The notes under the pieces are model-generated. The model was given only the letters and a program-made list of their open reading frames with translations. It did not search any database and had not been told where the DNA came from. The position numbers and the translations under genes were made by a program. From Erysipelotrichaceae bacterium (GTDB lineage: Bacteria; Bacillota_I; Bacilli_A; RFN20; CAG-826), in the NCBI GenBank assembly GCA_031271635.1, contig JAISVG010000084.1, positions 1-45,090 on the forward strand: a stretch of DNA of 45,090 nt, in the 5' to 3' direction. Of the stretch, positions 34,665 to 43,571 are shown piece by piece (within the stretch, counting starts at the first letter, position 1; each line of letters starts with the position of its first letter).

Positions 34665-34970
34665 ATGAGGAAAAATTATTTCGAGCTGGAAGATGGACGA
34701 AAACAAAGAAAGTCTCTCATATTTATCGCAGCGATGTCTTATGTGCTTTTTATCGTGGCGACAGTAATGGCGGTATGGTTTTACGTATTTCCTAGTGATT
34801 TACACTTGGAGTCTGGTCTAATTATTGGAGCTTTGATGGCTTTGATACTTGCTATTGTTGTGACTTGGGCTCTTAAAGTTAAACTCTACAAATACTTCTT
34901 GTTAATTACCGAAAGTGGCGTTGAATTTATGGAAAAAGGTCACTCTGAAAAATATCTTTTTCAGAGTTAG
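34665..34970 (+). CDS. Small membrane protein (2 TM helices), unknown function
   Basis: 101 aa with the RBS GAGGAG. TM segments are LIFIAAMSYVLFIVATVMAVWFYVF and LIIGALMALILAIVVTWAL. Confidence 0.45.
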   Translation: MRKNYFELEDGRKQRKSLIFIAAMSYVLFIVATVMAVWFYVFPSDLHLESGLIIGALMALILAIVVTWALKVKLYKYFLLITESGVEFMEKGHSEKYLFQS

Positions 34971-35207
34971 TACACTATGTGGTTGTGGATTGCAATTCAA
35001 AATATGAAATGCTGATTCTAGATTTTGAAAATAAATCTTTTTTGGTAACTGTTTCGATGACGCAGCGTTTAAGACTAAAACTCTGTGAAGCAATTGCCCA
35101 AAAGAAAACTGCTGAATCTTCTAGCAATAGCATTAAAAGTGAAATGAAATAAAAGGTAGTTTTAAACCACTATAGTAATGGATTAAAGTCTGATACTTGG
35201 ATAAGCC

Positions 35208-35672
35208 TTAAGAAGTAGTAATGGAGCCCCAGTTACTTGGATCTACTTCGCCATTAACTGAAAGATTGGTAGTATTGCCGTTTCGCGAAAAGAGTTGTGA
35301 GGCGGCAATCGCATAGACGCTATAGCCGGAAATAACATAGAATTCGCTTTTGGCGATGGAAATAATGCTGGCATTACGAGTTAAAGTAATTACTGTATAA
35401 TGAACAGTAAGGCTTTTTGTTGTTGAATCAATGGCATTTTGTTCCATGAATTGTGGAACAAAAATCGTCTTGCCACCATCAGCAATATATCCTGTATATG
35501 TCTCTCTTCGATATGATTCAGCGCTACCATAACCAAAGACTACGGTTCCGTATCTCCCGACGGTAAATGTCGCTCCAATCGGAATTACGATGATAAGAAC
35601 AACTGCGATACTACTTCCCACAATCAAAATGATTTTCCAAAACTTTCTGAAGAAATTCTTAATCTTTTGCAT
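35208..35672 (-). CDS. N-terminally anchored 154-aa protein, unknown function
   Basis: TM segment IILIVGSSIAVVLIIVIPIGA, beta-rich ectodomain, RBS AAGGAG. Confidence 0.5.
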   Translation of the reverse strand: MQKIKNFFRKFWKIILIVGSSIAVVLIIVIPIGATFTVGRYGTVVFGYGSAESYRRETYTGYIADGGKTIFVPQFMEQNAIDSTTKSLTVHYTVITLTRNASIISIAKSEFYVISGYSVYAIAASQLFSRNGNTTNLSVNGEVDPSNWGSITTS

Positions 35673-35760
35673 AAATGCTCCTTATTTAATTATCAGCATT
35701 ATAACAACTTAAAGGACATAAATCAAAACAATAATTGATAAGCGCGCAAGTTTTATTATC

Positions 35761-37086
35761 CTAAATAGTTAAAAATAGTAAGGTTGCGACTCCAAAATAA
35801 ACGAATAAAGAGAATAAATCGTTGATCGTAGTAAGAATGGGTCCTGAAGCGGCAACAGGGTCAATCTTTAGTTTATTGCATAAAAGCGGGATTGCTGCTC
35901 CAATAAAAGCGGATAACATTAATGAGATTAGCATCGAGATTCCAACGGTAAAAGCAAGCTTGAAAGGACTGCTTTCGATGGCAGGAAGAAAGAGAGATAA
36001 CATTAATACAAAACCAAAGGCAAGAACTGCGATGAAGACGGCATTAAGACAGCCGGTGAGAAATTCTTTTAACAAGAAAGTCTTTTTAATCTTGGTGTTT
36101 TCAATTTCCGATTCATGGATTTTAAGAATCGTTACTGCAAGCGACTGAGTTGAGATGTTTCCTGACATTCCAAGAATCATCGGTTGGAACAGGGCTAGGG
36201 CCACTACCGCGGCCATTGTTTCTTCAAAGATTGATAAGAAAGAGGCGACTAAGAGATTGAGGATTACCGAAAGAAGGAGCCAAGGAATTCTCGTGCGAAC
36301 TCGTTTCATGACGGAACTTTTTTCATCATTATCATGAATAAGGGAGATTTTGTCGAAGGTTTCTTCGTGATATTCAACTAATTCTTCATAAATATCACTA
36401 GCCGTAACAATACCAACAATCTTTTCTTCCTTAATAATTGGTAGTACTTTTAAGTCATAGTCTTTGACTAGTTTAATTGCTGCCTCAATTGAAGCATCAG
36501 AGGCAATCGTGCGATCAGTATCATCAATTAAGTCAGCGACAGCCTGCTTCGCATTAGCGGTCAACAGTTTTCTAATTTCAACTTGTCCTAAATACTTATT
36601 TTCCGCATTAACCACGAAAACAGAATCAAGATAGTCGTTATCCTTTGAATCATAGATGATATTATTAATCGCGGGAGTTCGTAAGGTTTCTTCTTTAATG
36701 GTGATAAAATCGGTCGTCATAATTGAAGCCACGACATCAGCGTTATATTCAAGAAGCGATTTAATAATTTTCTGTTTGGTAATGGTTAGATCCTTTAAAT
36801 ATTCTTCGCCACTAGTTTCAATAAAATATTTCAGATTATCCATTTCGAGATTGTTGAGGATTTTTTTTCGTAAATCGTCATTAATTACACTTAAGAGTTC
36901 TTTTTGATCTGATACATTATTAAAAGTATCAATGAGTTTGTGGGTTTCAAGATGCTCTAAGATGCGGTTAATCTGCTTATTTGAATAGTCAAAAATAATA
37001 TTAGCAATGTCATAGCCATGCATTGGTTCTAAGGACTTTGCTAAATCCGTATCCGAAGAGTGGAGGTTAATGAAGATTCGGTTCAT
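35761..37086 (-). CDS. mgtE: Magnesium transporter MgtE, downstream paralog
   Basis: MgtE_N-like region, a CBS pair and a 5-TM domain with FQPMILGMSGNISTQS and ASGPILTTINDLFSLFVYF. Its start overlaps the upstream paralog's stop (ATGA). Confidence 0.85.
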   Translation of the reverse strand: MNRIFINLHSSDTDLAKSLEPMHGYDIANIIFDYSNKQINRILEHLETHKLIDTFNNVSDQKELLSVINDDLRKKILNNLEMDNLKYFIETSGEEYLKDLTITKQKIIKSLLEYNADVVASIMTTDFITIKEETLRTPAINNIIYDSKDNDYLDSVFVVNAENKYLGQVEIRKLLTANAKQAVADLIDDTDRTIASDASIEAAIKLVKDYDLKVLPIIKEEKIVGIVTASDIYEELVEYHEETFDKISLIHDNDEKSSVMKRVRTRIPWLLLSVILNLLVASFLSIFEETMAAVVALALFQPMILGMSGNISTQSLAVTILKIHESEIENTKIKKTFLLKEFLTGCLNAVFIAVLAFGFVLMLSLFLPAIESSPFKLAFTVGISMLISLMLSAFIGAAIPLLCNKLKIDPVAASGPILTTINDLFSLFVYFGVATLLFLTI

Positions 37087-38411
37087 GAGATATTCCCCAA
37101 AAGCAGTGTCGCGGTTCCAAGATAGATTAGAAGTGAGGCAATATCAATAATTGAAGTAATAAAGGGACCGCTTGCAACCGAGGCGTCAACCTTGATTTTA
37201 GTGAAGAAAAAGGGAATGATAAAGCCAAGAAGGGGGGCAATAGTCACACTAATCCATAATGATAAGCCAACGACAAAGGCGAGAAAGTAGCGATGAACAT
37301 CAAGCCCTGGGAGAATAAAGGTAAAGATTAAAGCTGCTACAAAGGCGACTGAACCCATGATAAAGCCATTAATTAAGCCGGTGAGAATTTCTTTAAGAGT
37401 CACTTTTTTAATGGCTCTTTCGTTATTGACCAAGGTTTTTAAAGTAATCGCAAGAGTTTGAGTAGCGACATCACCAGAGGCATCAAGAATTAACGGCGTA
37501 AAGATCATCAAAAGCGCGATCTTACTAAGAATCGCTTCAAAGGTGGAAGTTACCATCGCGATTGGTAGTGAGAGAACTAAGAGGACAATTAACCACGGGA
37601 GACGTTTAATGGCATTTAAAAAGAAGCCTTTACCCTTTTGTGCTGGTAAGGCAGAAAGTTTTTGGAAGTCTTCAATTGCCTCTTCTTGATATGCATCCAT
37701 TGCATCATCAATTGAAATTACTCCAAGGAGTTTTAAATTATCATCAACCACCGGAAGTTCATTAATATCATAGTCCCGCATGGCTTTTGAAGAATTAAAT
37801 AAGGGCTCATGATCAGTCACAAAATGCCTTTCGTCTTTAATGGTACCAACTAAACAAGGCGTTTTTGCGCGTAGTAATTCTTTTAATGAAACCACTCCTA
37901 AGAAACGATCATTACTATCAACGACATAAATGTAAGAAATGTTTTCGACTTCTGGAGCTTTTTTCATGACTTCTTTGGTAACATCTTTAACATCAAGGTT
38001 TTCATTAAAGCGAAAGATATTGGGGTTCATGACCGAGCCAGTCTCGCTATCGGAGTATTGAATCAAATTATCAATATCATCTTTACTATCTTTATCAATT
38101 GCATTAAGAATTTCTTGTTTTGTTTCTTCATCAAGTTCTTGAAGAATATCCGCCGCATCATCTGGTTCAAGATTTTCAACCAGTCCAACACGGTGTTTCT
38201 GTGGAAGCTTTTCAAGTATTTCTGCCGCTAAAACTTCATCTAGATAAGAAAGAATCTCGGTTTGCTGGTCTTTTTTAACAAGTTTTAAGGTATTGATTAC
38301 TTCATCTTCATCAAGTTGCTCGAGAATTTTCGCCACATCAAAAGGATGCGTTTCGTTAAGAAGCGCTTTTTGTTGTTCTTTACTAAGGGCTAAAAACTCT
38401 TCTTTCGTCAT
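37083..38411 (-). CDS. mgtE: Magnesium transporter MgtE, upstream paralog (divergent pore motif)
   Basis: MgtE_N (HPFDVAKILEQLDEDE), a CBS pair and a TM domain with FTPLILDASGDVATQT and ASGPFITSIIDIASLLIYL. Confidence 0.85.
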   Translation of the reverse strand: MTKEEFLALSKEQQKALLNETHPFDVAKILEQLDEDEVINTLKLVKKDQQTEILSYLDEVLAAEILEKLPQKHRVGLVENLEPDDAADILQELDEETKQEILNAIDKDSKDDIDNLIQYSDSETGSVMNPNIFRFNENLDVKDVTKEVMKKAPEVENISYIYVVDSNDRFLGVVSLKELLRAKTPCLVGTIKDERHFVTDHEPLFNSSKAMRDYDINELPVVDDNLKLLGVISIDDAMDAYQEEAIEDFQKLSALPAQKGKGFFLNAIKRLPWLIVLLVLSLPIAMVTSTFEAILSKIALLMIFTPLILDASGDVATQTLAITLKTLVNNERAIKKVTLKEILTGLINGFIMGSVAFVAALIFTFILPGLDVHRYFLAFVVGLSLWISVTIAPLLGFIIPFFFTKIKVDASVASGPFITSIIDIASLLIYLGTATLLLGNIS

Positions 38412-38461
38412 AGTAATATTATACTTTGATATAGTAAAGAGAATGACGAAAAACGAGATAA

Positions 38462-38902
38462 ATGCTTTATAATGTAATCATGAAAACGATTAAAGTCGCA
38501 CGAATTATTCTCTTAATCTCAGGCATATATTTTTTGCTTTCAATTGCTTTTTCAACTGGGCTTATGATCTATGATGCCATTACGCTTCGCGAGTATTTTA
38601 GTATTCCAGAGTTTAGACAGAATTTTTTGGTTGATTTAATCCTTCATTTATTTGCCATTTATTTTTATGTGGCCGTGGCTTTAGGGGCGATTCGTTTCTT
38701 TATTAAACCCACGTATTTAGATTTTCGTCGTATTTTGTTATATGGAGTAATCCTCTTAGTTTTCGTTGGAGTTGACATGGTCTTGGCTCTCATGGCTGGT
38801 GCTTTCCTATGGATTGTCATCATTCCTTTTTCTTTAGACATGGTTTTTTCCGTGTTATATTTTGTGAGTACGCTTCTTATTAAGAAGAATCTACCATACT
38901 AG
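38462..38902 (+). CDS. Polytopic small membrane protein, unknown function
   Basis: 146 aa with about 4 TM helices. A TATAAT at 38468-38473 lies 7 nt before the second in-frame ATG (38480), so a leaderless start at 38480 is possible. Confidence 0.45.
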   Translation: MLYNVIMKTIKVARIILLISGIYFLLSIAFSTGLMIYDAITLREYFSIPEFRQNFLVDLILHLFAIYFYVAVALGAIRFFIKPTYLDFRRILLYGVILLVFVGVDMVLALMAGAFLWIVIIPFSLDMVFSVLYFVSTLLIKKNLPY

Positions 38903-38908
38903 ATTATT

Positions 38909-39637
38909 ATGATAAAACAAGCATTTGATGTCTTACCAGAGGCAATAAGTATTCTCAGTAAAACGCCACTTTGGACTAAAGATAATTATGAGCTGTTTCT
39001 TGCTTCCTTAAAAAGCCTTAAAGATGAAAAAATGATCGTCTTTAGTCGAAAGTTTATTTTCACTAAATATGAGATACTAGGACTGCGATCGCCATTAATC
39101 AAGAAGATTATTAAGAGCGTCGCGAAAGTCGATAATTTTGTGGATTTTGCTGAGTTTATTTATCATGAAGAGATTATTATTGTGTTAGGATATTTCGCGG
39201 CCCGTAATGACTTTGAGGGAGTTGTTGATATTATTAGTAACTACGCTGATTGTTGGGCTCATACTGATATGGTGAAGTTGTCTTTTAAAGATAAGAAGGC
39301 CGGGTTTCTAAGATTAAAGGAACTAGTATCTTCATCAAAAGAATATGTGGTCCGCTTTGGTTTTGTGATAATGCTTGGTTTCTATATTCGTAGCGAAGAA
39401 TACTATCCTCAAATTGAAACTTTAATTTTAGAACTTGGTTTTCATACCTATTATATTGATATGGCGATCGCGTGGTTACTCCAGGATGCCTATCTTGGAC
39501 AACCTGAGAAACTATTAACGCTATTATCAAAGAAACGCCTCCCAAAATTCATTCAGAATAAGGCAATTAGTAAATTACGAGACTCATTCCGGACTTCAGT
39601 AGCGGATAAAGCATTAATTGTAAACTATCGTATATAA
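38909..39637 (+). CDS. DNA alkylation repair protein (AlkD/HEAT-like repeat family)
   Basis: Blocks ILGLRSPLIKKIIKSV, CWAHTDMV, EYVVRFGFVIML, YYIDMAIAWLLQDAY and FIQNKAISKLRDS align by eye with Bacillus cereus AlkD. Confidence 0.6.
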   Translation: MIKQAFDVLPEAISILSKTPLWTKDNYELFLASLKSLKDEKMIVFSRKFIFTKYEILGLRSPLIKKIIKSVAKVDNFVDFAEFIYHEEIIIVLGYFAARNDFEGVVDIISNYADCWAHTDMVKLSFKDKKAGFLRLKELVSSSKEYVVRFGFVIMLGFYIRSEEYYPQIETLILELGFHTYYIDMAIAWLLQDAYLGQPEKLLTLLSKKRLPKFIQNKAISKLRDSFRTSVADKALIVNYRI

Positions 39638-39651
39638 GTGACTATCAATTT

Positions 39652-39678
39652 AAAAATTCAACTCGTAGTTGATTTTTT
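39652..39678 (+). terminator. Terminator after the AlkD-like gene
   Basis: TCAAC-TCGTA-GTTGA has flanking A/T extension and is followed by TTTTTT. Confidence 0.45.
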
Positions 39679-39681
39679 ATC

Positions 39682-39709
39682 TTGACAGTTAAATATTATA
39701 TGTTATACT
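39682..39709 (+). promoter_or_regulatory. Promoter of the XRE-pentapeptide gene
   Basis: TTGACA (39682-39687), a 16-nt spacer, then TATACT (39704-39709). The RBS AAAGGAGGAA precedes the ATG at 39740. Confidence 0.5.
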
Positions 39710-39739
39710 TTAAGTACCTTAGGGTTAAAGGAGGAACCA

Positions 39740-40648
39740 ATGATTAATCAAATTATTGTCGGGAAAAGAATTAAACACGGGAGAAGACGTCGCGGCCTTT
39801 CACAAGGTGAACTCGCAGATATGCTCACGGTCACACCCCAGGCGGTGAGTAAGTGGGAAAAAGGCGAGGCCTTACCTGACTTTGTTACAATTTCTAAAAT
39901 GGCGGATATTTTTGGAGTTGACCTTAATTATTTTAGTAATGCAAAGACGGGTGATTTAAACGAAACCGATGATTTTGAGGAAGAATCTGAGGAGAAAGAG
40001 ACGAATCAAGAGTCAGAATACGAAGATAAGTTTGATAAAAGAAGCTATCAATTCACTTTCAATACTTGGAAGAACAGCGACTTCTCACATCTTGATGGCG
40101 TTGGCTCACGTTTCTCTTTAGCTAATATTACTAATTGCAATTTTATGCATTCCGGTCTTAATAATTCCCATTTTAACGTTAATTCGCTTCTGGGAAATAA
40201 TTTCGCTCACTCTGATTTATCAGAATCAGTCTTTAATACTTCCATTATTAATGATAATGATTTTACGGCTTCTTCGTTTATCCGTTCGAAGTTTAATGCC
40301 TGCAATATGCGGAATAATTTCTTTAATAAAGCTGATTTTTCGGAAGCTAGAATTAGTACTTGTCGTCTCGTTGATAATGAATTTAAGGAACTGATTCTTG
40401 AAAAAACTGAATTTAGTTTTTCCTATTTAAGAAGCGCTACTTTCGCTGATGCCACCATTAACAACACCACTTTTAGTAATGTGAGATTTCGCAATGCCTC
40501 TTTTATTAATTGTGAGTTTTTTCAAACAATGTTTAAGAATGTAAGACTAGAAGATGTTGATTTTATTGATTGTGTAGTTGATGATTTGACCTATGCCTTT
40601 CTTAAAAACTGTGGGGCAAGATTGATTGACGTTACTATTAAAAAATAG
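39740..40648 (+). CDS. XRE-family HTH domain fused to a C-terminal pentapeptide-repeat domain
   Basis: N-terminus RIKHGRRRRGLSQGELADMLTVTPQAVSKWEKGEALPD, then an acidic linker (ETDDFEEESEEKETNQESEYED). About 200 aa of A(D/N)(L/F)xx-type repeats follow (NFMHSGLNNSHFNVNSLLGNNFAHSDLSESVFNTS...). Confidence 0.75.
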   Translation: MINQIIVGKRIKHGRRRRGLSQGELADMLTVTPQAVSKWEKGEALPDFVTISKMADIFGVDLNYFSNAKTGDLNETDDFEEESEEKETNQESEYEDKFDKRSYQFTFNTWKNSDFSHLDGVGSRFSLANITNCNFMHSGLNNSHFNVNSLLGNNFAHSDLSESVFNTSIINDNDFTASSFIRSKFNACNMRNNFFNKADFSEARISTCRLVDNEFKELILEKTEFSFSYLRSATFADATINNTTFSNVRFRNASFINCEFFQTMFKNVRLEDVDFIDCVVDDLTYAFLKNCGARLIDVTIKK

Positions 40649-40660
40649 TCTGATGTAGGA

Positions 40661-40697
40661 AAAAAGAGGCTGGTTTTACAGCCTCTTTTATGTTTTA
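40661..40697. terminator. Bidirectional terminator between convergent genes
   Basis: AGAGGCTG-GTTTTA-CAGCCTCT is flanked by AAAAA on the left and TTTATGTTTT on the right. Confidence 0.6.
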
Positions 40698-40707
40698 AAA
40701 GAAATCT

Positions 40708-42324
40708 TTAGGCTAGAGCAATAATATCAAAACCATCAATATTAACTCTAGTATTACCGTCAGTAACAGCAGTGAAAATAACTACTAATCGTACTGAGGT
40801 GGCTCCTACTACATTATCGGCATTCGTCGCCGTGAGGGAGAGAGTAGCATTCGTTGCAACTCCAGTATTTCCGGTTTGCGATGCCACATTCACCCAAGTT
40901 CCATTTACTAAAGCCTGGAAATGAAGACTGGCAACACGGGCGGCGTCAACCGAATCACTACCAAATTTCATATTAGCGTTATAAATCGGATCAATCGTAT
41001 TTGCGCCAGGACTAATCGTCATGGCTGCCGCAAGAGGATCGCCACTAACTCCAAGAGTGGCCCCTCCTTCAATTGATGCTAGTGTTCCGATGTTAGCAAA
41101 GTTTCCGCTGTTTGCCCCCATTGTGCCTTGCGTTGTTCCTGCAGTTATGATAAAGGTCGCGCCATTATTCATCGTTCCAGCACCATTCTTTACATATGAA
41201 TTAGCTCCTCCAGAAATGGTTAGAGTCGATACAATTTGAGGAGTACGAGTAGATGGTGGAAGGACATTTAAAGTATGCGTTCCGGTAATCGCACTATTGG
41301 TTTGGGAGGTAGCAGTAATGGTCACACTACCTTCACTGATGCCACGGACTACACCACTACTACTAATAGTTGCGATGGACGCGTTAGATGATTCCCAATT
41401 AACTGCTTGTGGGAGTGTGGCTGGGGTAATCGCTGCGGTCAAGGTGATTTCAGAATCAACATAAACACTTGTCGCGCCATCAATATAAAGGACTGGGGCG
41501 CCGGCGGCATGAACTTCAATTTCGTAAGTTCCAGTAACGGTATTATCACTAACAGAAGTAGCGGTAATCGTCACACTACCTTCAGCAACACCAACAACAT
41601 AGCCATCACTAACTGTGGCAATGGCGCTATTACTTGTGGCCCAAACCACTTCTTGTGGGGCGTTTGTGGGATTAACTACCGCGGTTAATTCAATTTGTTC
41701 TCCAACGTAGACAGAAGTTGGTCCTGAGATTTGAACGGATTCAACAGCAACAGGCTCAGGGATGCTACAAGCATAGAAACGGAAATTATCAAAACCGGCA
41801 TCCATGTTTCCGGTTGGAGCGATGCCACCAACACGTTGGAGTTTGATGGTGACAACATCAACGGTATAACAGATAATTTCTAGTTCCGTAATCGCGGCAC
41901 TGACACGGTTGACCGTGTAGGTAGTATCAGCTTCAATAATCAGTTCCGTATTCGCGGTTGTTAGTTTGTAATCAAGTAATACCCGATCGATACCACTCAC
42001 GTCAAGGTAGGTTTCTTTTAGGGGGTTCGCGGCGTTAAGACGCATGGCCCAAGTGTAATTATCGATTTTCATCGAATTAGTAGTATTGACTAAGGCTTCA
42101 CCAGAGATGCGACCAATTTGACTGAAGACTCCATGATAAACAGTGCCACTTGCGGCGCCACTTCGATCACCTTCAAAATTCTCTGAATCAGCAAGGGTAT
42201 AGGCGTATGCTCCACTTTTAAGTGCTCTTGAGGAATCAAAAAACTTGAGACCTGGTTTCAAGATGATTAGGGAGCCCAGCAGTGCGATGGATAAAATTCC
42301 AAATGAGACTACTTTCTTTTTCAT
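40708..42324 (-). CDS. Surface-anchored protein with two tandem Big_2 (bacterial Ig-like) domains
   Basis: N-terminal signal/anchor MKKKVVSFGILSIALLGSLIIL. The Big_2 repeats are VYVGEQIELTAVVNPTNAPQEVVWATSNSAIATVS..GVAEGSVTITATS and VYVDSEITLTAAITPATLPQAVNWESSNASIATIS..GISEGSVTITATS. Confidence 0.75.
   Translation of the reverse strand: MKKKVVSFGILSIALLGSLIILKPGLKFFDSSRALKSGAYAYTLADSENFEGDRSGAASGTVYHGVFSQIGRISGEALVNTTNSMKIDNYTWAMRLNAANPLKETYLDVSGIDRVLLDYKLTTANTELIIEADTTYTVNRVSAAITELEIICYTVDVVTIKLQRVGGIAPTGNMDAGFDNFRFYACSIPEPVAVESVQISGPTSVYVGEQIELTAVVNPTNAPQEVVWATSNSAIATVSDGYVVGVAEGSVTITATSVSDNTVTGTYEIEVHAAGAPVLYIDGATSVYVDSEITLTAAITPATLPQAVNWESSNASIATISSSGVVRGISEGSVTITATSQTNSAITGTHTLNVLPPSTRTPQIVSTLTISGGANSYVKNGAGTMNNGATFIITAGTTQGTMGANSGNFANIGTLASIEGGATLGVSGDPLAAAMTISPGANTIDPIYNANMKFGSDSVDAARVASLHFQALVNGTWVNVASQTGNTGVATNATLSLTATNADNVVGATSVRLVVIFTAVTDGNTRVNIDGFDIIALA
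41263..41748 (-). repeat. Two diverged ~250-nt tandem coding repeats (the Big_2 domains)
   Basis: DNA-level similarity is visible, for example GGTAATCGTCACACTACCTTCAGCAACACC versus GTAATGGTCACACTACCTTCACTGATGCC. Confidence 0.6.
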
Positions 42325-42411
42325 TATTCTCCTCCAAATAAAGACACTTGTATTTTATTAAAATAAAATGAGAAATGCAAGTTTAACCGCTAAAAAACTT
42401 TTTTCTTTTTA

Positions 42412-42440
42412 TTGACAATCGAGTCCTTTACCATTATAAT
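42412..42440 (+). promoter_or_regulatory. Consensus promoter of the S10 operon, followed by a ~85-nt GC-richer leader
   Basis: TTGACA (42412-42417), a 17-nt spacer, then TATAAT (42435-42440). The leader at 42441-42526 (GTGCGAGCGACGCTCTGGAACGCCAAGCGATGTTGTCG) can form stems; it may be an L4-type autoregulatory leader, but this is unverified. Confidence 0.6.
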
Positions 42441-42526
42441 TCAGTTACATGTGCGAGCGACGCTCTGGAACGCCAAGCGATGTTGTCGTAACATGAGGAA
42501 AGTTATTACATAAGGAGGAACAAAGA

Positions 42527-42838
42527 ATGGCTAAATCGAAGGTAGTTCGTATCCGTTTACAGGCTTATGATCATGCATTGCTAGATCAAAGTGCTGCACA
42601 GATAGTAGCCCAAACCAAAAAGACCGGCGCAACAGTAGTTGGTCCAATTCCGCTTCCAACGGAGAAACAAGTCTATACTGTCTTAAGAGCGGTTCATAAA
42701 TACAAAGATGCTCGTGAACAATTTGAAATCAGAACTCATAAAAGAGTGATTGATTTAACTAATGTTAGTAAAGAAACATTAGATGTTTTAAAAAGAATGA
42801 CAATGCCAGCTGGGGTTGATGTCTTCATCAAGTTATAG
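42527..42838 (+). CDS. rpsJ: 30S ribosomal protein S10
   Basis: [19 protein letters not shown]...GPIPLPT...[20 protein letters not shown]. Confidence 0.95.
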   Translation: MAKSKVVRIRLQAYDHALLDQSAAQIVAQTKKTGATVVGPIPLPTEKQVYTVLRAVHKYKDAREQFEIRTHKRVIDLTNVSKETLDVLKRMTMPAGVDVFIKL

Positions 42839-42849
42839 GTATTAACAGT

Positions 42850-43569
42850 ATGAAAGCAATTATCGGAAGAAAGATTGGGATGACACAAGTATTCGCCACT
42901 GATGGTACCATGTATCCAGTGACGGTTGTCGAAGTGTTGCCTAATTCAGTTGTTCAAGTCAAAACAAAAGCTCATGACGGTTATGATGCTTTAAAAGTTG
43001 GCTATGAAGATGAAAAAGAAGCCCGTTTAACAAGACCTGAAAAAGGGATTTTTGTTAAATCTGGCACCAGTTTCAAGAAGATTCTTAGCGAAGTTAAAGG
43101 CGACGAATTACTTGATAAGAAAGTTGGTGATAACCTCACGGTTGATTTATTTAAAGCTGGTGAAGTCGTGGATGTCATTGGTACTTCTAAGGGAAAAGGA
43201 TTTACTGGTGTCATTAAACAATATCATTATCATATTGGACCTAAGGGTCATGGTTCTGGTTATCATCGTGGCAGTGGTTCTTTTGCCAATAATGGTCGTT
43301 GCAATAACCGGGTGATTCCGGGTAAGAAAATGGCCGGAAGAAGAGGCCATGATTCAGTAACCATTTTAAACTTAGTGGTTGTTGATGTTAATGTTGAAAA
43401 GAATTACTTATTAATTAAAGGAGCAATCCCTGGCCCGAAGAAAGCCTTAGTCACTGTCCGTAGTGCAATTAAGACCGCTTTAAAAGCCGCGCCACAAATC
43501 AAGACTTTAGTTAATTATGCAAAAGAAGTTGTTGCTCCCGTAGCCCCGACTGAGGAAGGAGTTAATTAA
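42850..43569 (+). CDS. rplC: 50S ribosomal protein L3 (with a ~30-aa C-terminal extension)
   Basis: GRKIGMTQVF, GTSKGKGFTGVIK and GRRGHDSVTILNLVVV. Confidence 0.95.
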   Translation: MKAIIGRKIGMTQVFATDGTMYPVTVVEVLPNSVVQVKTKAHDGYDALKVGYEDEKEARLTRPEKGIFVKSGTSFKKILSEVKGDELLDKKVGDNLTVDLFKAGEVVDVIGTSKGKGFTGVIKQYHYHIGPKGHGSGYHRGSGSFANNGRCNNRVIPGKKMAGRRGHDSVTILNLVVVDVNVEKNYLLIKGAIPGPKKALVTVRSAIKTALKAAPQIKTLVNYAKEVVAPVAPTEEGVN

Positions 43570-43571
43570 TT

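Noticed and set aside
38412-38461. M-box (Mg) riboswitch upstream of the mgtE pair
   Set aside because: Only about 50 nt separate the mgtE start from the divergent gene. This is far too short for an M-box, and no conserved M-box motifs are seen.
41021-41688. Plus-strand ORFs antisense to the Big_2 gene; also 43002-43350 within rplC
   Set aside because: They are antisense shadows in a GC-richer or conserved gene.
42380-42392. GTTTAACCGCTA resembling part of the att core (TTAACCGC)
   Set aside because: Only 8 nt match, which is expected by chance. It is not associated with any integrase or element boundary.
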